Shown in pieces: positions 46,196 through 60,520 of a DNA stretch of 64,000 nt. Under the pieces are notes generated by a model. It ran no database searches. It saw nothing but the letters and a program-made list of their open reading frames with translations, and had not been told where the DNA came from. The number at the start of each line of letters is the position of its first letter. Position 1 is the first letter of the stretch. The position numbers and the translations under genes were made by a program. The stretch lies in assembly GCA_964016885.1 (NCBI GenBank), contig OZ024758.1, positions 18,104,001 to 18,168,000 on the forward strand. The letters are read 5' to 3'. This DNA comes from Eledone cirrhosa (taxonomy: Eukaryota).

Positions 46196-46202
<7 letters not shown>

Positions 46203-46315
46203 AAAAAGGGATGAAATCGAAAATGCAACTGAAGTCTTATTTTTTTAAAAATATATATATTTAAAAAAAAATAAGACTTCAGTTGCATTTTCGATTTCAT
46301 CCCTTTTTCTTTATA
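46196..46315. repeat. Near-perfect ~60-bp-arm palindrome beside (TA)n
   Basis: tataaagaaaaagggatgaaatcgaaaatgcaactgaagtcttattttt and its exact reverse complement. Confidence 0.85.
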
Positions 46316-46370
46316 CTTCCACTCGTGTAGGACACCTCGGTTATTTTTCATTTTGTAAAAAAAACCTTAC

Positions 46371-46497
<127 letters not shown>

Positions 46498-46501
46498 TGT
46501 A

Positions 46502-46571
<70 letters not shown>

Positions 46572-46577
<6 letters not shown>

Positions 46578-46820
46578 AAATAAGAAAATTCGCTCTACAT
46601 GGTTGAATACAATAAATTTAATCTGAGTTTCTCGAATAGTAGTAATAACATTTGATTCGTTTGCAAATATGCAAACAAGCTTCATTTTTAAAACCATGTA
46701 CGTAGATTGAACCCTTCATTCTTGGTCTTATGTTAGCTTTAAAAATGAGGCTTGTTTGCATAATTACAAACGAGTTGAGTGTTATTATTAATATTCGAAA
46801 AACTCAGATTACATTTATCA
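46572..46820. mobile_element. (TA)n-adjacent fold-back element; related copy at 4732-4900
   Basis: 46612-46692 is inverted at 46738-46818; homologous to 4735-4900. Confidence 0.6.
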
Positions 46821-46932
46821 CACATATATATATATATAAACACACACACTCACCTCCTACATTATATATATATATATATATATATATAATGTAGGAGGTG
46901 AGTTTTATTGTAGCACAATAAAGCAATGCAAA

Positions 46933-47318
46933 TAATTGTTTCTACTTTAGGCACAAGGCCAGCAATTACCCAGTGCATTACTGGTACGTTATTATATCGA
47001 CCCCTTAAGGATGAAAGACAAAGTCAACCTCTGCGGGATTTGAACTCATATCGTAAAAGGACGTAACTATGCTGGAAACAATGGCGTCCGACCCTCTACC
47101 GATACTGCCAATCCACCGCAATGCAAATAATTGTTTCTATTTTAGGCCCAAGGCCAGCAATAACCCAGTACATTACTGGTAGTTTATTTTATCGACCCCG
47201 TAAGGATGAAAGGCAAAGTTAACCTCGGCGGGATTTGAACTCAGATCATAAAGGGACGTAACTCTATGCTTCAAAGCATGGTGTCCGACTCTCTACCGAT
47301 ACTGCCAATCCACCGCCC
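46933..47318 (-). mobile_element. Two tandem tRNA-derived SINEs inside an inverted repeat (46888-46932 / 47362-47406)
   Basis: Family consensus twice; gcaatgcaaataat before, between and after the copies. Confidence 0.85.
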
Positions 47319-47416
47319 TGATAGCCAGGCAATGCAAATAATGATATTTGTTTTTGCACGGTTTGCATTGCTTTATTGTGGTACAATAAAACTCACCTCC
47401 TACATTATATATATAC

Positions 47417-47839
<423 letters not shown>

Positions 47840-47840
47840 C

Positions 47841-47871
<31 letters not shown>

Positions 47872-47884
47872 CATATATATATAC

Positions 47885-47931
<47 letters not shown>

Positions 47932-48446
47932 TACACATATATATATACAAACATTTCGAATCAAACATAAATGTTTACACCTATGCAGATATATTTTCTC
48001 ACATCTATGAGTCACCTCTATATACTTGACTTGGTTGAAACTTAATTAAAAGTCAATTATATCTGAATACATCGAAAAAAAAAGTATACATATTCCCCAG
48101 TGTATACCTGCACAGAATTTCAAATATCAATTTAATGATGCCGTAACTCACATAAACATGTGTTCACGTAAACAACATTGAAGTCCAAATTTTTTCTCAT
48201 ATCAATACAAGCAAAGCTATTACTAGTCTTCGTTTATGTACGTCTACAGAACAATATGTTATACACCAAGAATGATTGTAATATTTTCATTATAATTTTC
48301 ACTCTTTCACTATGCTTCTATCCTACAGCACAGTAGATTTAGAGTCCTATTCTTTACACTATGTTAAATTGTTAGTATAAAATACAGTCTACAACTGGAT
48401 ACCTAATTACGCAATGTTATTAAATGCCCCCACCCCCTGCCGCCGC

Positions 48447-48803
48447 CTACACAGCCCCGGCGGCCAGGATGGAGAAGGCGTTTACGCGGAGGACGACAAG
48501 GGAGACGTGCTGGAAAAGCCACTCCAACTCGCGGGGTTCACACCTGAAGCTGGCCAGCTCAACGCCTATGCTGGTGAACAGGAATGTAGCCCTAGGGTCG
48601 AGAACACCAGAAGTCTCCACTGCCAGGGGTACAACCGCAAATCTGTCGGAGAGCGACCGGTATTTGAGGAGCTTGGCCTCCTCAGCCCGACGCGCAGTAG
48701 AACCTGGGTTAGTCGTAGACTTCACCAGTCTGCGGCTGCAGGAAGTGTCGGTGCAAGTAACATCTCAGACGAGGGGTTTGCCACCACGGAACGGGAAAAT
48801 TTA
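48447..48803 (-). mobile_element. CRE-like non-LTR retrotransposon, C-terminal restriction-like endonuclease fragment
   Basis: IFPFRGGKPLV*DVTCTDT...ARRAEEAKLLKYRSLSDRFAVVPLAVETSGVL...RELEWLFQHVSLVVLRVNAFSIL matches the WDVT..DT / AE..K..KY / P.A.ET.G / QR.S...QRGNA pattern. Confidence 0.8.
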
Positions 48804-49704
48804 GTTATTGGTGTAGTTTAACCCTTTAGCATTTACATTACTCTATATATACTATTATATTTTGGCGGTAAAGGCTTTATCCCACATAATTATCTCACAT
48901 AATATTGAATCTATGATATTTTGATATTATCTATTTTGAGAACAATACATTAACGTCGTTATGAGTGGCCAGTTACAGCTGGTTTGGACAGAAAGAGGTG
49001 AGAGAATTCTGGTCAGATATGGCCGGTTTAAATGCTAAATGGTTAATAGAAGAGGGACTCCTATTAAACACACGCCGGACCGTATGTGCTGCAGCTTTTA
49101 CCAAACCACGTTACATTCAAGTAAATACCTGTAAACCTATTATATGAAAGCTGCATCTCATTTTCCTAGAAAAATACATCAGGATTTGAAGGTCATTTAT
49201 ATATTTGAAGGACATTTATTATATCACAGTTAGTGACTACACAGATAACTTCTGTCGTTATCTTTGTGAATATTGATATTACCAAAACATACAAACACAC
49301 ACATAGATCCAGAAGTTGGATGCACATAAACATATTTCTTTGTATATATGTTATAATATAACTATGAAAAACTGTATGAACTCATGTTGACACATTAAAT
49401 ATTGACTGATTAAATATTAGATGATTGTATATGAAACACAAATTTAAATAATATTGAAAACCAAAACCAAAACCAAAAATCTAACGGGTTATTAAATTAG
49501 CTAAGGTGTGATTCTTTTGTTATCTTGGCGATTTAAAGAACTTGGCGATCTTCCTAGCGCATTGTTTGATTTTCAAATGTATTTAAATTTGTGTTTCCTA
49601 TTCAACAATGCTTCTTGGAAGCTACAAAACTCTGCTATAATTGTATATGTTTCTAGGTGGCTTATAAATATGCAAAAGAAACATGAGAGAACGGTGATCA
49701 ATGC

Positions 49705-50088
49705 ATTTCATCATCATCATGATCATACGTCCGCTTTTCCTTGCTTGCAAAGGTGGGACGGGTACTTTTCAGCGCAGCATCTCCCCACTCGTTACGGTTC
49801 TTCGTCATCTCCTCCGTGAGCTTCAGCAATCTGAGGTCAGCTCTCACAACATCCGCCCATGTTTTTCGTGGTCTTCTTCTACTGCATCTTCCTTCCACTG
49901 GGATTTCTTGGCACTTCTTTACCCATGTGCATCACATGTCCATACCAATACAGTCCTCCCTGCTACACATACTTCTCTTCCTCTTATACACAGTTTCTCT
50001 CTCACCTCGTCTATGTTTGGTCGTTAACGCACATTGACATTGCACATCCAACGCAGCATGCGTGAGTCATTTTTCTCCAGCTGTCGTA
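49705..50088 (-). mobile_element. RTE-clade LINE 3' fragment with (GAT)n tail; shorter copies at 50978-51105 minus and 60575-60741 plus
   Basis: MLRWMCNVNV...RPRKTWADVVRADLRLLKLTEEMTKNRNEW. Confidence 0.85.
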
Positions 50089-51613
50089 TTTAGTATGAAG
50101 TAACTATGTGTTATGTGGACTAAATGTAATCTTCATTGCGTGGTAATGCCTTTTATAAATAATCCTCTAGCCTTGACAACTTCAAATATCATCAAATCAC
50201 AATGTATCAAATATCACTATATTCAGTGTATCCCTTCCATCTTCAAAGAAAATGGGATATGATAAGTGAGAAATTTTACAGCTATTTTCATAAGGCACTG
50301 CTTCAAAACATGACGCCCATTTATTAGATAAGTTAATTGGTTTTCAATTTTTAACGATTTGCATCGGTTTGGAAAAAACCGATCAATGTAAATCATAATG
50401 AGAGACAGTTATGGAGAATGAAAGTGTTGGGCCTAAATATGAAACACAGAATCCGAAGAACCTTTGTTTGACATCGGCTATAAATATATAATCACTATGA
50501 CCTATGTGAGGCCACTACAATTAGTTTCTGATAATGGCGGTGCAGATGAATGTAAAGGCGATATTTATGGCCGTGATTATGTTCTGATGAGAGTAGTAAT
50601 GATGTCAGTCAGGACAGCTATGAAAAGGATGAAGTTTATACTGGGTGTTTAGATGATGACTGTACATTTTCTATAAGCAATTGATGTTGATTATGATGTT
50701 AATGATGAGGTAGATTATCATTATTACGATAATAGTAGTGGTTTTTGATTCAGGCAGAAGGCCAACAATTTTAACGCTTTAGCATTTAAACCCGCCTATC
50801 CGGCCAGGATTCTCTCACCTCTTTCTGTTCAAAACAGCTGTAACCAGTTGATCATGCTGGTGTTAAAGTATTGTTGTCAAAATAAATAATATCAAACTCT
50901 CATAGTTTCGATAATATGTGAGATAATTATGTGAGGTAAAACCTTTACCACAAAAATACAATAGTATATAGAAAGTAATCATCATCATCATCATCATTTT
51001 ACGTCCGCTCATACGTCCGCTCATACGTCCGCTCATACGTCCGCTCATGCGTCATAACTCCACTTGTCACGGTCCTTCCTTTACTGCGTCTTCCTTCTAC
51101 TGGGATTTATCAGCTCGTTTTACATGCTAAAGTCATAAGTATACTCTATGTCTTACTTAGATTGATGTTGTGATTATTTCAAATAATTTATTGCTAGCAT
51201 TGTTAGTATTGTTGTTATTGTTCTGATTGAATGCCACTACTATATATAGAAGCCATGCCTGTGTATTCCCTTCATTCTCGCAAGCTCTGCTGAATTGACT
51301 GGTTATAACTATGTATTGGGGATCGATTGACGCAGAGACAGGCGGGTAGGGATCTCTAGACCTACCAGTTCAGAGAAACAATTGTCAGCAATGTGAATAA
51401 AGCCGTTATTGTATAGCAAACCGTGTCACTCTTCTTTCTGGATTTATCATTACTCCAAGTGTAAACAACATAGAAATCACCACTTACTTGCAACATCACT
51501 ATGGAAACGCCTTGTTGAGTCAAACTTAGCCAAGCGTTGATACCATCCACTCCTCAGAGTACCCTAACTGGACTACATCTAAGTGGACTATCTATAACAA
51601 CATTTGTTATCCC

Positions 51614-51671
<58 letters not shown>

Positions 51672-51729
51672 GCACAGAGTAGTCCCCCGGTATTTGCATA
51701 GGTTACATTACTTTATATTTATATATAGT

Positions 51730-51864
51730 ACAGAAATAGCTGTCGAAACGGCTTGAGCTCTGCCGTCGGGGGTCATACTTTTTCCTATTTCCCACTCTAC
51801 TACCCTAAGTATTGAGTATTCTGGTGCGTTATGGTCCATCTGGTTCCTTACCACAATTCCTTTG

Positions 51865-51868
<4 letters not shown>
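51730..51868 (+). mobile_element. 3' half-hammerhead copy of the GAAACGGC...GTCGGGG family; others at 3390-3435, 21565-21675, 53425-53620, 54980-55065, 56310-56490, 61168-61252
   Basis: Shared tail gagtactctggtgcgttatggtccacctggttccttaccac in most copies, usually ending at (TA)n. Confidence 0.75.
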
Positions 51869-51929
<61 letters not shown>

Positions 51930-53066
51930 ACTTTATGAATACGTCAATTTAGTGGTGGATTTCACTCCCATTTCCACTCTTTAGGACAACCCAATGTAAT
52001 TTCCAAAATTCCAGGAAATTTTGATGTTGCATTTTGGCTCTAGAAGATTTTACCCTTGCCAAAACCATATATTTTTACTAAGCTAATGTGCCTGTTAAAG
52101 AAAAAAAGTTTACAGGCCACCCATTTTTATTTGCATGAGTCTAACAGTTATTTGTGCTGAATGTATTTTAAGCAAGACCTTTATATGTTATGTTGGATAA
52201 TAGCCAAGCATAGCAAAATTAGATTTGTTGTTATTCACATGGTTTTTTTTAAAGCTAGATTCATAATTTGGAAATAAGTAAATAAATAGGTAAACTAAAA
52301 CTTCCATCATTTTTTTTAATAGCATCTAATCGCAAGTGTTTAGGAATAGTAAAGACAGCCGTAGAGCTTTTATATTGCTTATTAAAATAATTAAATAATA
52401 AACACTATAAAGTGTGTGTGTGAATATAAAAATATATATATGTGTGTGTGTGTGTGTGTATGTGTGTGTGTAATAGAGAGAGCGAGAGAGAGGCAGAGAT
52501 AAACAGATACGTATATATACATATACACACATTTTCACATATATATGTATATATGGGTCTTTAGATACCTACGCTCACATACATATCTATGTATATATAT
52601 ATATACATATATATATAATATATATAAATGTGTGTGTGTATATATATATTTAATTACACATTCAGTGTCCTAATTAATCAATAATTGGTCGGTTAATGAA
52701 ATAAACATACTCGTCATTATTATTATATTTCCTATTTTAATGTTCATTGTGATTGTTTTGAAATGATTTAATTTCTGATTGGGTTTTATTTGATTTTTGT
52801 GCATTTTCTGAAGATACATTTGTAAATTATGTGTTAAAAATTGGCTATAATATGATAACTCATTATTTTATTCACACTCTGCCAATGAAATGCATATATA
52901 TGTAGGTTCTGATGAGGTTTCGGTTCCAAACTGAGGTGGGATATATTTTATCTCTATATATACAGTAATTAAATCCTAGATTCAGTTTATGCCTATCCTC
53001 CTTGTCAGCTTATCACATAAAACCTCTACAGAAGCATATAATATGTATACACACACACACAAACAA

Positions 53067-53122
<56 letters not shown>

Positions 53123-53307
53123 ATAATAATAAATATGAAGACTAAAATCCGAAGAAGATCCCGTTAATCTGTTATTTATATATATATATAGTATTAATTA
53201 GTATTAATTATACTATTTATGGTTATGCAAATACAAAAATCTTTTGTAGTTATATATTTTTATATATAAGCATAAAACTGTTTTGAACAGTTCTTTGATT
53301 CTTATAA

Positions 53308-53341
<34 letters not shown>

Positions 53342-53630
53342 GAGGGTTCAGCTTGAATCTGGTTAGACTATTAGTCAACAGAGTATCCGATACTTGGACT
53401 AGTAGAATATGGTTATATTTTAAAGAGTCGGGACCCCGAAGGGTGAGCTGCACCCGTTTCGACACCTAGATCCGAACAGTTCATATCTACCTGTTGAAAC
53501 GACCGTAGTTCAGCCGTTGGGGTCCTGACTATCTTCCTATTACGTACCTCTACTTCCCTAAATTAACGAGTACTCTGGTGCGTTATGGTCTACCTGGTTC
53601 TTTACTACACTTTTTTGTCATATTTATATA

Positions 53631-53744
<114 letters not shown>

Positions 53745-53819
53745 TATATAAATTGACATATTTAGCTTCCTGACAGGAGGCTAACTATGCTGAATTTACT
53801 TAATGTTCTTATTTCAGCA

Positions 53820-53880
53820 AACACTATACACATTTCAATGACCAGGTTGCGTAAGATCCAGGTGACATCTTCAGGTCTAA
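53820..53880 (-). ncRNA. Degenerate hammerhead motif related to 37523-37579
   Basis: CTGAAGA-tgtcacc...ggtcatt-GAAA-tgtgtata; helix I is poor. Confidence 0.45.
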
Positions 53881-53957
53881 AGTGCTTCTCTCGTATTACG
53901 TCATGGTCAGCATAGCAGAATGACTAATTCTAACCAGTGGTGAACTACAAAATTTAA

Positions 53958-54007
<50 letters not shown>

Positions 54008-54036
54008 ATATATAAATGTACATATATATATGTGTG

Positions 54037-54125
<89 letters not shown>

Positions 54126-54158
54126 ATATATAAATGTACATATATATATGTGTGTGTT

Positions 54159-54318
<160 letters not shown>

Positions 54319-54945
54319 CATATATAAAGGTGTGTGTCTATGCAAGTATGTGAGAATGTGTATGCATGCATGGCTGTGTATCGTTAAATTTCTCCAATTA
54401 GCTGCAATAGAGTTTGCAATAGAGTTGCAATATACCTTAAATAGGCATATAAAATGTCAATATACTGAAAATCACTGTTTAATCTCAGAACGTGTGTTTC
54501 TTTCGCATTAGATCATTTGATTATTTAACGTCTGACGAGGAGAAAAGAGATGAGATGAAACAAGAGAGAAACGAGGCAATTTATCTCAGACCAAGTTGCC
54601 GTAAACAAAATTCGCCACAACCAGCTCGAACAACAAACATCAAATAAAATTCTCAGACATCAATCAGCAATGACGCATCTTTATAGAACGACTTAAACTT
54701 TTAACATTTGTAAGAAACTTTTTATGTTGTTATTTCACTATTTAATATATAACAAATATGTAAACTAGCTAGCTTTCTCCTTCTTTTACATACAAATTAA
54801 TTGGCAAACAAATAACGGATACATAGCACTTGTGGTTTTGACTGCACATATGCAAATAAACAGAGTTTATGACAATATACTTTGAATTCCAGATGCAGCA
54901 AATTCATGGGTACACTGAATAACTATTGACAGAGAAAAATATTAA

Positions 54946-54981
<36 letters not shown>

Positions 54982-55102
54982 CCACGGCTATTCTGGACTA
55001 TATTTAGTCCAGAAATAGCCGTCAAAACGGCTTCAGCTCTGCCGTCCGGGTCAAATATTTTCCTATATAGATGTATGTATATACACACACACACACATAC
55101 AT

Positions 55103-55154
<52 letters not shown>

Positions 55155-55157
<3 letters not shown>

Positions 55158-55751
55158 CGATATTAAATAAATGGAAACTATATTTATAAAACCATATTTA
55201 TTTCATTATATATATTTCAGGGATAACATATTAACAATATGCTATGCCTTCCTCAGACAAAATACAATATAGACAGTTTTATAGATAAATAGATTTGACA
55301 TACCGTTCAACATCGACTTGTATTTGAAAAGTTGATTTGGCAGTTTTATACCAAATCAACTTTTCAAATACAAGTCGATGTTGAACGGTATGTCAAATCT
55401 ATTTATCTATAAAACTGACTATATTGTATTTTGTCTGAGGAAGGCATAGCATATTGTTAATATGTTATCCCTGAAATATATACCAAATCGACTTTTCAAA
55501 TACAAGTCGATGTTGAACGGTATGTCAAATCTATTTATCTATAAAACTGTCTATATTGTATTTTGTCTGAGGAAGGCATAGCATATTGTTAATATGTTAT
55601 CCCTGAAATATATATAATGAAATAAATATGGTTTTATAAATATAGTTTCCATTTATTTAATATCGTAAATATACTCCAAATACTTGTTGAGTGCTTTTAT
55701 ATCAGTTATAAATATTTACTAGTTGTAACCCAACAATTTATATATAACTTT

Positions 55752-55755
<4 letters not shown>
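55155..55755. mobile_element. Inverted plus tandem array of the 756-2328 family, with three hammerhead motifs (about 55199-55264 minus; 55427-55482 and 55559-55624 plus)
   Basis: tattttgt-CTGAGGA-aggcatagcatatt-gtt-aatatgttatccct-GAAA-tatatATA-atgaaata; ~132-bp tandem unit; (TA)n at both ends. Confidence 0.85.
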
Positions 55756-55787
<32 letters not shown>

Positions 55788-55866
55788 CTCCAGAAGAACC
55801 TCCGGACTAGAAAATATGCTATCAAATTTTAGTATAGGATAATTGTTTGCCTACCAGAAGCACACT

Positions 55867-55909
<43 letters not shown>

Positions 55910-56297
55910 CTAAGGCGGGTAAAATTCCCGAGGACCATGGACGAGTTCTCTCCAGCGGTCTCTGTCCCTCATTATCGCTGCCATATCCTGCATCTCCAAT
56001 AGACCAGTGTCTGTCCTTAGGGCATCAACATACGTTAACCCTGGTCTTCCTCTTCTAGTGTGTCCATGTAGGGGCTCCAAAAGGAGCACTGAGTGCAATG
56101 TCAACTCTGGATGTCGGTGAGCATGTCCAGCCAACCTCAGTCTCCTCTGTGTCACTTTTGAGCTGACTTTTGGGATGCTCCCATACAGCTCTGAGTTTTT
56201 CATTCTCAGTGTATACTGATTAATGTTCAGAGCCATCCTCAGCATTCTCGTGTAGCACCCATCCAGCATCTGAGTGAGTCTCTTGGTCAGTGTCCAT
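55910..56297 (-). mobile_element. RTE-clade LINE 3' fragment, colinear
   Basis: MLDGCYTRMLRMALNINQY...RRLRLAGHAHRHPE...RGRPGLTYVDALRTDTG. Confidence 0.9.
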
Positions 56298-56592
56298 AGA
56301 TTGATACATATGAAAAGCTCCGGCTGTTTCGATAGATAGATCCGAACTAAGTTACTGTTGGCCTAGTTCGTATCTTAGTATCTAACTGTCGAAACGGACG
56401 GAGCCTAGCCGTTGGGGTCCTGACTCTTTTCCTATTACCCAATCTACTACCCCAAGTATCAATTACTCTAGTGTGTTATGGTCCACCTTGATAAAAGCAT
56501 TCTAATGTGTCTTGGTACCCTTGAAATATATATAATAAAATAAATATGGTTTTATAAATATAGTTTCCATTTATTTAATATCATTCTATATA

Positions 56593-56651
<59 letters not shown>

Positions 56652-56707
56652 AGATAGATACATATTTAATTATATATATATATATATATATATAGTATAT
56701 ATATACA

Positions 56708-56753
<46 letters not shown>

Positions 56754-57224
56754 CACACATGCTCTCACACACACACACAGACACAGATATATATATATAC
56801 AGATATATATATATATATATATATATACAGACATATATACATGGCTGTCTCTGTGTCTCTGTGTGTGTGAGAGCATGTGTGTATTTATTTTAAAAAGTGA
56901 TATTTCAAATCAGTACAAAAGTTATTTCATCTGCAATATTTAATTTACGAGAAAAAAATCAATGTCAATATTATTTAAAAGCATTTCGAATATGTTGAAA
57001 GGTTATGAGAAATATTGTTGACTCTTCTTTTGTCTTTTTTTATTTGTTCATCTCTTCATTGAATTTAATGCATACAATCTAATTTAAAGATGGATAGAAA
57101 AGAACAATGGATGATGTATCCATTTCACACAAATGTCGCATATAATCTTAGAGAATATATAAACGATACGCAATATTAATAATTATTATTGTGAAAATAT
57201 ACGAACGTTTTCAAGATGTATCTC

Positions 57225-57612
57225 TCTAGGGTGGGTAAAATTCCCGAGATCCATGGACGAGTTCTCTCCAGCGGTCTCTGTCCCTCATTATCGCTGCCAT
57301 GTCCTGCGCACTCCAACAGACCAGTGTATGTCCTTAGGGCATCAACATACATTAACCTTGGTCTTCCTCTTCCTGTGTGTCGATGTAGGGGCTCCCACAG
57401 GAGCACTGAGTGCAATGTCAACCATGTATGTCGGTGAGCGTGTCCAGCTAACCTTAGCTTGAGATTGGTGTGGAAGTCAGACCTTCGTAAAGACCTGAAC
57501 ATCCGCCTATTCATTGATGTAGTGGAGTCTGTGCTGCTGTACGGGTCTGAGATATGGACACTGACCAAGAAACTCACTCAGATGGTGGATGGGTGCCCCA
57601 CGAGAATGCTGG
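57225..57612 (-). mobile_element. Same RTE family, 3' fragment with 5' inversion (57225-57458 minus, 57459-57612 plus)
   Basis: Plus part reads LRLVWKSDLRKDLNIRLFIDVVESVLLYGSEIWTLTKKLTQMVDGCPTRML. Confidence 0.85.
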
Positions 57613-57813
57613 GTGTTTGAGAATGTATGTGTGTACGTGTGTGTTTGAGAAAGTGTGTGTATGTGTGTGTTTGAGAATGGGTGTGTGTTTGTGTGTGTTT
57701 GAGAATGGGTGTGTGTGTGTTTGAGAATGTATGTGTGTACGTGTGTGTTTGAGAATGTGTGTGTGTTGGACTCTGCTGGTTACCCTCACAGTTATTTTAT
57801 ACCATTCCTGTTG

Positions 57814-57872
<59 letters not shown>

Positions 57873-57888
57873 TCTACTGCAGCTACTT

Positions 57889-57955
<67 letters not shown>

Positions 57956-58020
57956 TACTACTACTACTTCTACTGCTTCTACTACTGCTACTACTACTAG
58001 TGATGTTGCTACTACCTCTA
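57612..58020. repeat. gtgtgtttgagaat tandem repeats followed by a (CTA)n/(CTG)n tract
   Basis: Directly visible. Confidence 0.9.
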
Positions 58021-58528
58021 CTATTGCGATTGATATTAATGTGAGGCTAATGTGATTTTATTTTCAGACCAGTAGTAGTAGTAGTACTAGTAGTAGTAAT
58101 AGGAGGGGGATGAAGAGGGGGTAGAGGAGGAGACGTTATATTGGTGATAATTATTTATGCGATTTTAATTATTGTATTATCGGTGGTGTAATGGCTATTG
58201 TCTAACTAGATTTATTTAATAAAACATAGCTTTTGATGTAACAATGTCTTCATCTTATCTGAAATATTAATTTACATCATTTTAGAGTGATTAGTGCTTT
58301 CTCGTATTGCAGTCACTATATATTCACTCTTCCACTATCTTTAATCAACTATAATGATTAAATAACACATAGATATAAGCATCGTCTTTTGTAGTTTGAC
58401 CCTTTAAAACTTTTATCTAATTCTCTATTTCCAGCCGAATATTTATATCAAGGTAGTCTTATGGTTGACAACATGATGATTATATACTTGGAAGGGAGAT
58501 AAATTTATCTGTTTTATAAGGAAACGTA

Positions 58529-58703
58529 CTGTATTTCCCGGCGCTGAAGACGCTTCGTTCTCGAAGATGCACCCTAATTTTGACAAGCAAACATGAAAAA
58601 AAAAAAAAAAAAATAACAAACAACCTTTGGGCTGCAGGACGCATGGTGGATTTTTGAGGTAATTTTAGGAAAAAACTAGCGTCTTCAACACTGGGAAATA
58701 CGG
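58529..58703. mobile_element. Tc1/mariner-pogo-type MITE with ~25-bp TIRs and TA target duplication
   Basis: ta-ctgtatttcccggcgctgaagacgc ... gcgtcttcaacactgggaaatacgg-ta. Confidence 0.85.
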
Positions 58704-58906
58704 TACCTCATCCACGAGATAACATTTTTCGACACTTTCCACAGTTAAAATATAATTGCCTTGATGACAAAACTAGGAGAGTAATTTGACACAGTTGCAA
58801 TATCAACTCATAGTCTATTTTTGATATTGTATCAATTGTTTTAATCGATGCTAACGTCTGATGAATAGAATGTATTTTAAACTAATGTCATTATTCCCTG
58901 CTTTCA

Positions 58907-59125
58907 GGGCGGTGGATTTGCAGTAATGGTAGAGCGTCAGACACCACGCTTTGCAGCATAGAGTTATAGTCCTTTACGGTCTGAGTTCAAATCCCGCCAA
59001 GGTTAAATTTGCCTTCATCTTTACGGGGTCGATAAAGTAAAGAACCAGTAACGTACTGGGGTCGATTTAATCGACTTTCCCTCCCCCCAAATCACTGGCA
59101 TTGTGGCTATAGTAGAAATCATTAT
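58907..59125 (+). mobile_element. Full-length tRNA-derived SINE
   Basis: Family consensus; attattccctgctttca / attatttcctgctttca flank it as a probable target-site duplication. Confidence 0.85.
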
Positions 59126-60399
59126 TTCCTGCTTTCAAGCCTTAAAGGACCACCTTTTCTTCCCAGATTAGCTTCTACATGTGAAGTATTATGATATTAA
59201 ACATTGAACATAGCACCAAATACTTTCATTGGAGCATGTCGACATCATTTGTGATGATATTAGACACCCAGATGGATAACACTTTGTGTTTGCTTATCAG
59301 AGATGTGAGTTATTGTTACAATTTCCCATATGCTAATCATATCGATTCTACAACAATATTGAGAGAAGTTTGAGGGAAAGTTGTTTAAATACCCTATATT
59401 ATCCATCCGTTTATTATTGTACTGGTCGTTGTTGAGAGCTCCAGTCGCCGTGGTTGCTGGACTGCTGTTATCCTCCACCATGTGGAGACGAAGAAATCAC
59501 TTCTAATCAGAAATGAAGGAGGCCCACGAGGTGGAATATCTGATAGGGCAAGGGTGGCTGTTTGTTCTCAACGGTAGGACTTTTGCCATCTATTCAGTAG
59601 CTTAGATATCTTATCAAGTCAAGGGTGTAGAGTTTCTCCCATCCGCATTTCTGCCAGTGTTTGCCCGCCTTTTTCATACATAAGTAATGTTTTGTTAAAC
59701 ATTGTATTTTCCTGAAGATTTTGATTCAATATAAAGAAGGATGGTTGTAAACCTTGAATCATCTGGAACCGAATTACCATTTATAAAAGGCCTTATTATA
59801 TAGTGAGTATGCATAATTGTGTGTGTGTGTGTGCGTGTGTATGTGTTCTTGTGCGTGTGTGCGTGTGCGTGTGTGTGTCTGTGTGTGTGAATATGTATAA
59901 TTGTTTATATGTGCGTGTTTGTTTTTATAAGCATTGCTAAACGAGACAAATAAACCACAAAACAACTTTGTTGGGTGTGATTGGAAGAATGCAGTCAAAA
60001 GCAAGTAGCCAGCTTTCATAATGTGGAAGTAAATGGCTAGAATTTCTTATTTATAAGCCTTCATTTTCTATTGATTTATCTATTGATACACTATTGATTA
60101 ACAAGAATTAGCTATTTCAATCACATGAACTGGAATCCTATGAGTTAAATAAATATCCAATACACATCCCTTTGAGTAATGAAGTCGATGATGTACAGTT
60201 TATCCATTGTAGAAATGTAAATATTATACAATGTTTTCCTCCATTTATTCCACACTAGTAAAACATACGACTGTATTATGCCTACGAGAAAAAAAAAATG
60301 TTCCCGATTAACATGGCATGTGGTAATATAAGATTTAGTTAAACAATTATTTATTGTCATAATTGAAAATTGTTATTTATAGATTAAGACCGTCCATAT

Positions 60400-60465
<66 letters not shown>

Positions 60466-60489
60466 GTGTGTGTGTGTGTGCACGCGCGT

Positions 60490-60520
<31 letters not shown>

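Noticed and set aside
48414-48821. Plus-strand 135-aa and 126-aa ORFs
   Set aside because: Antisense shadows of the minus-strand CRE-like fragment.
52800-53045. CTGAAGA/CTGATGA strings here and at ~9770, ~12440, ~36290, ~40200 and ~59710 as hammerheads
   Set aside because: Cores are mutated or helices I/III do not pair; possibly decayed copies but not supportable individually.
57709-58055. Poly-Thr/Leu/Tyr ORFs as a mucin-like exon
   Set aside because: Simple (CTA)n/(CTG)n tract with no supporting flanking coding sequence.
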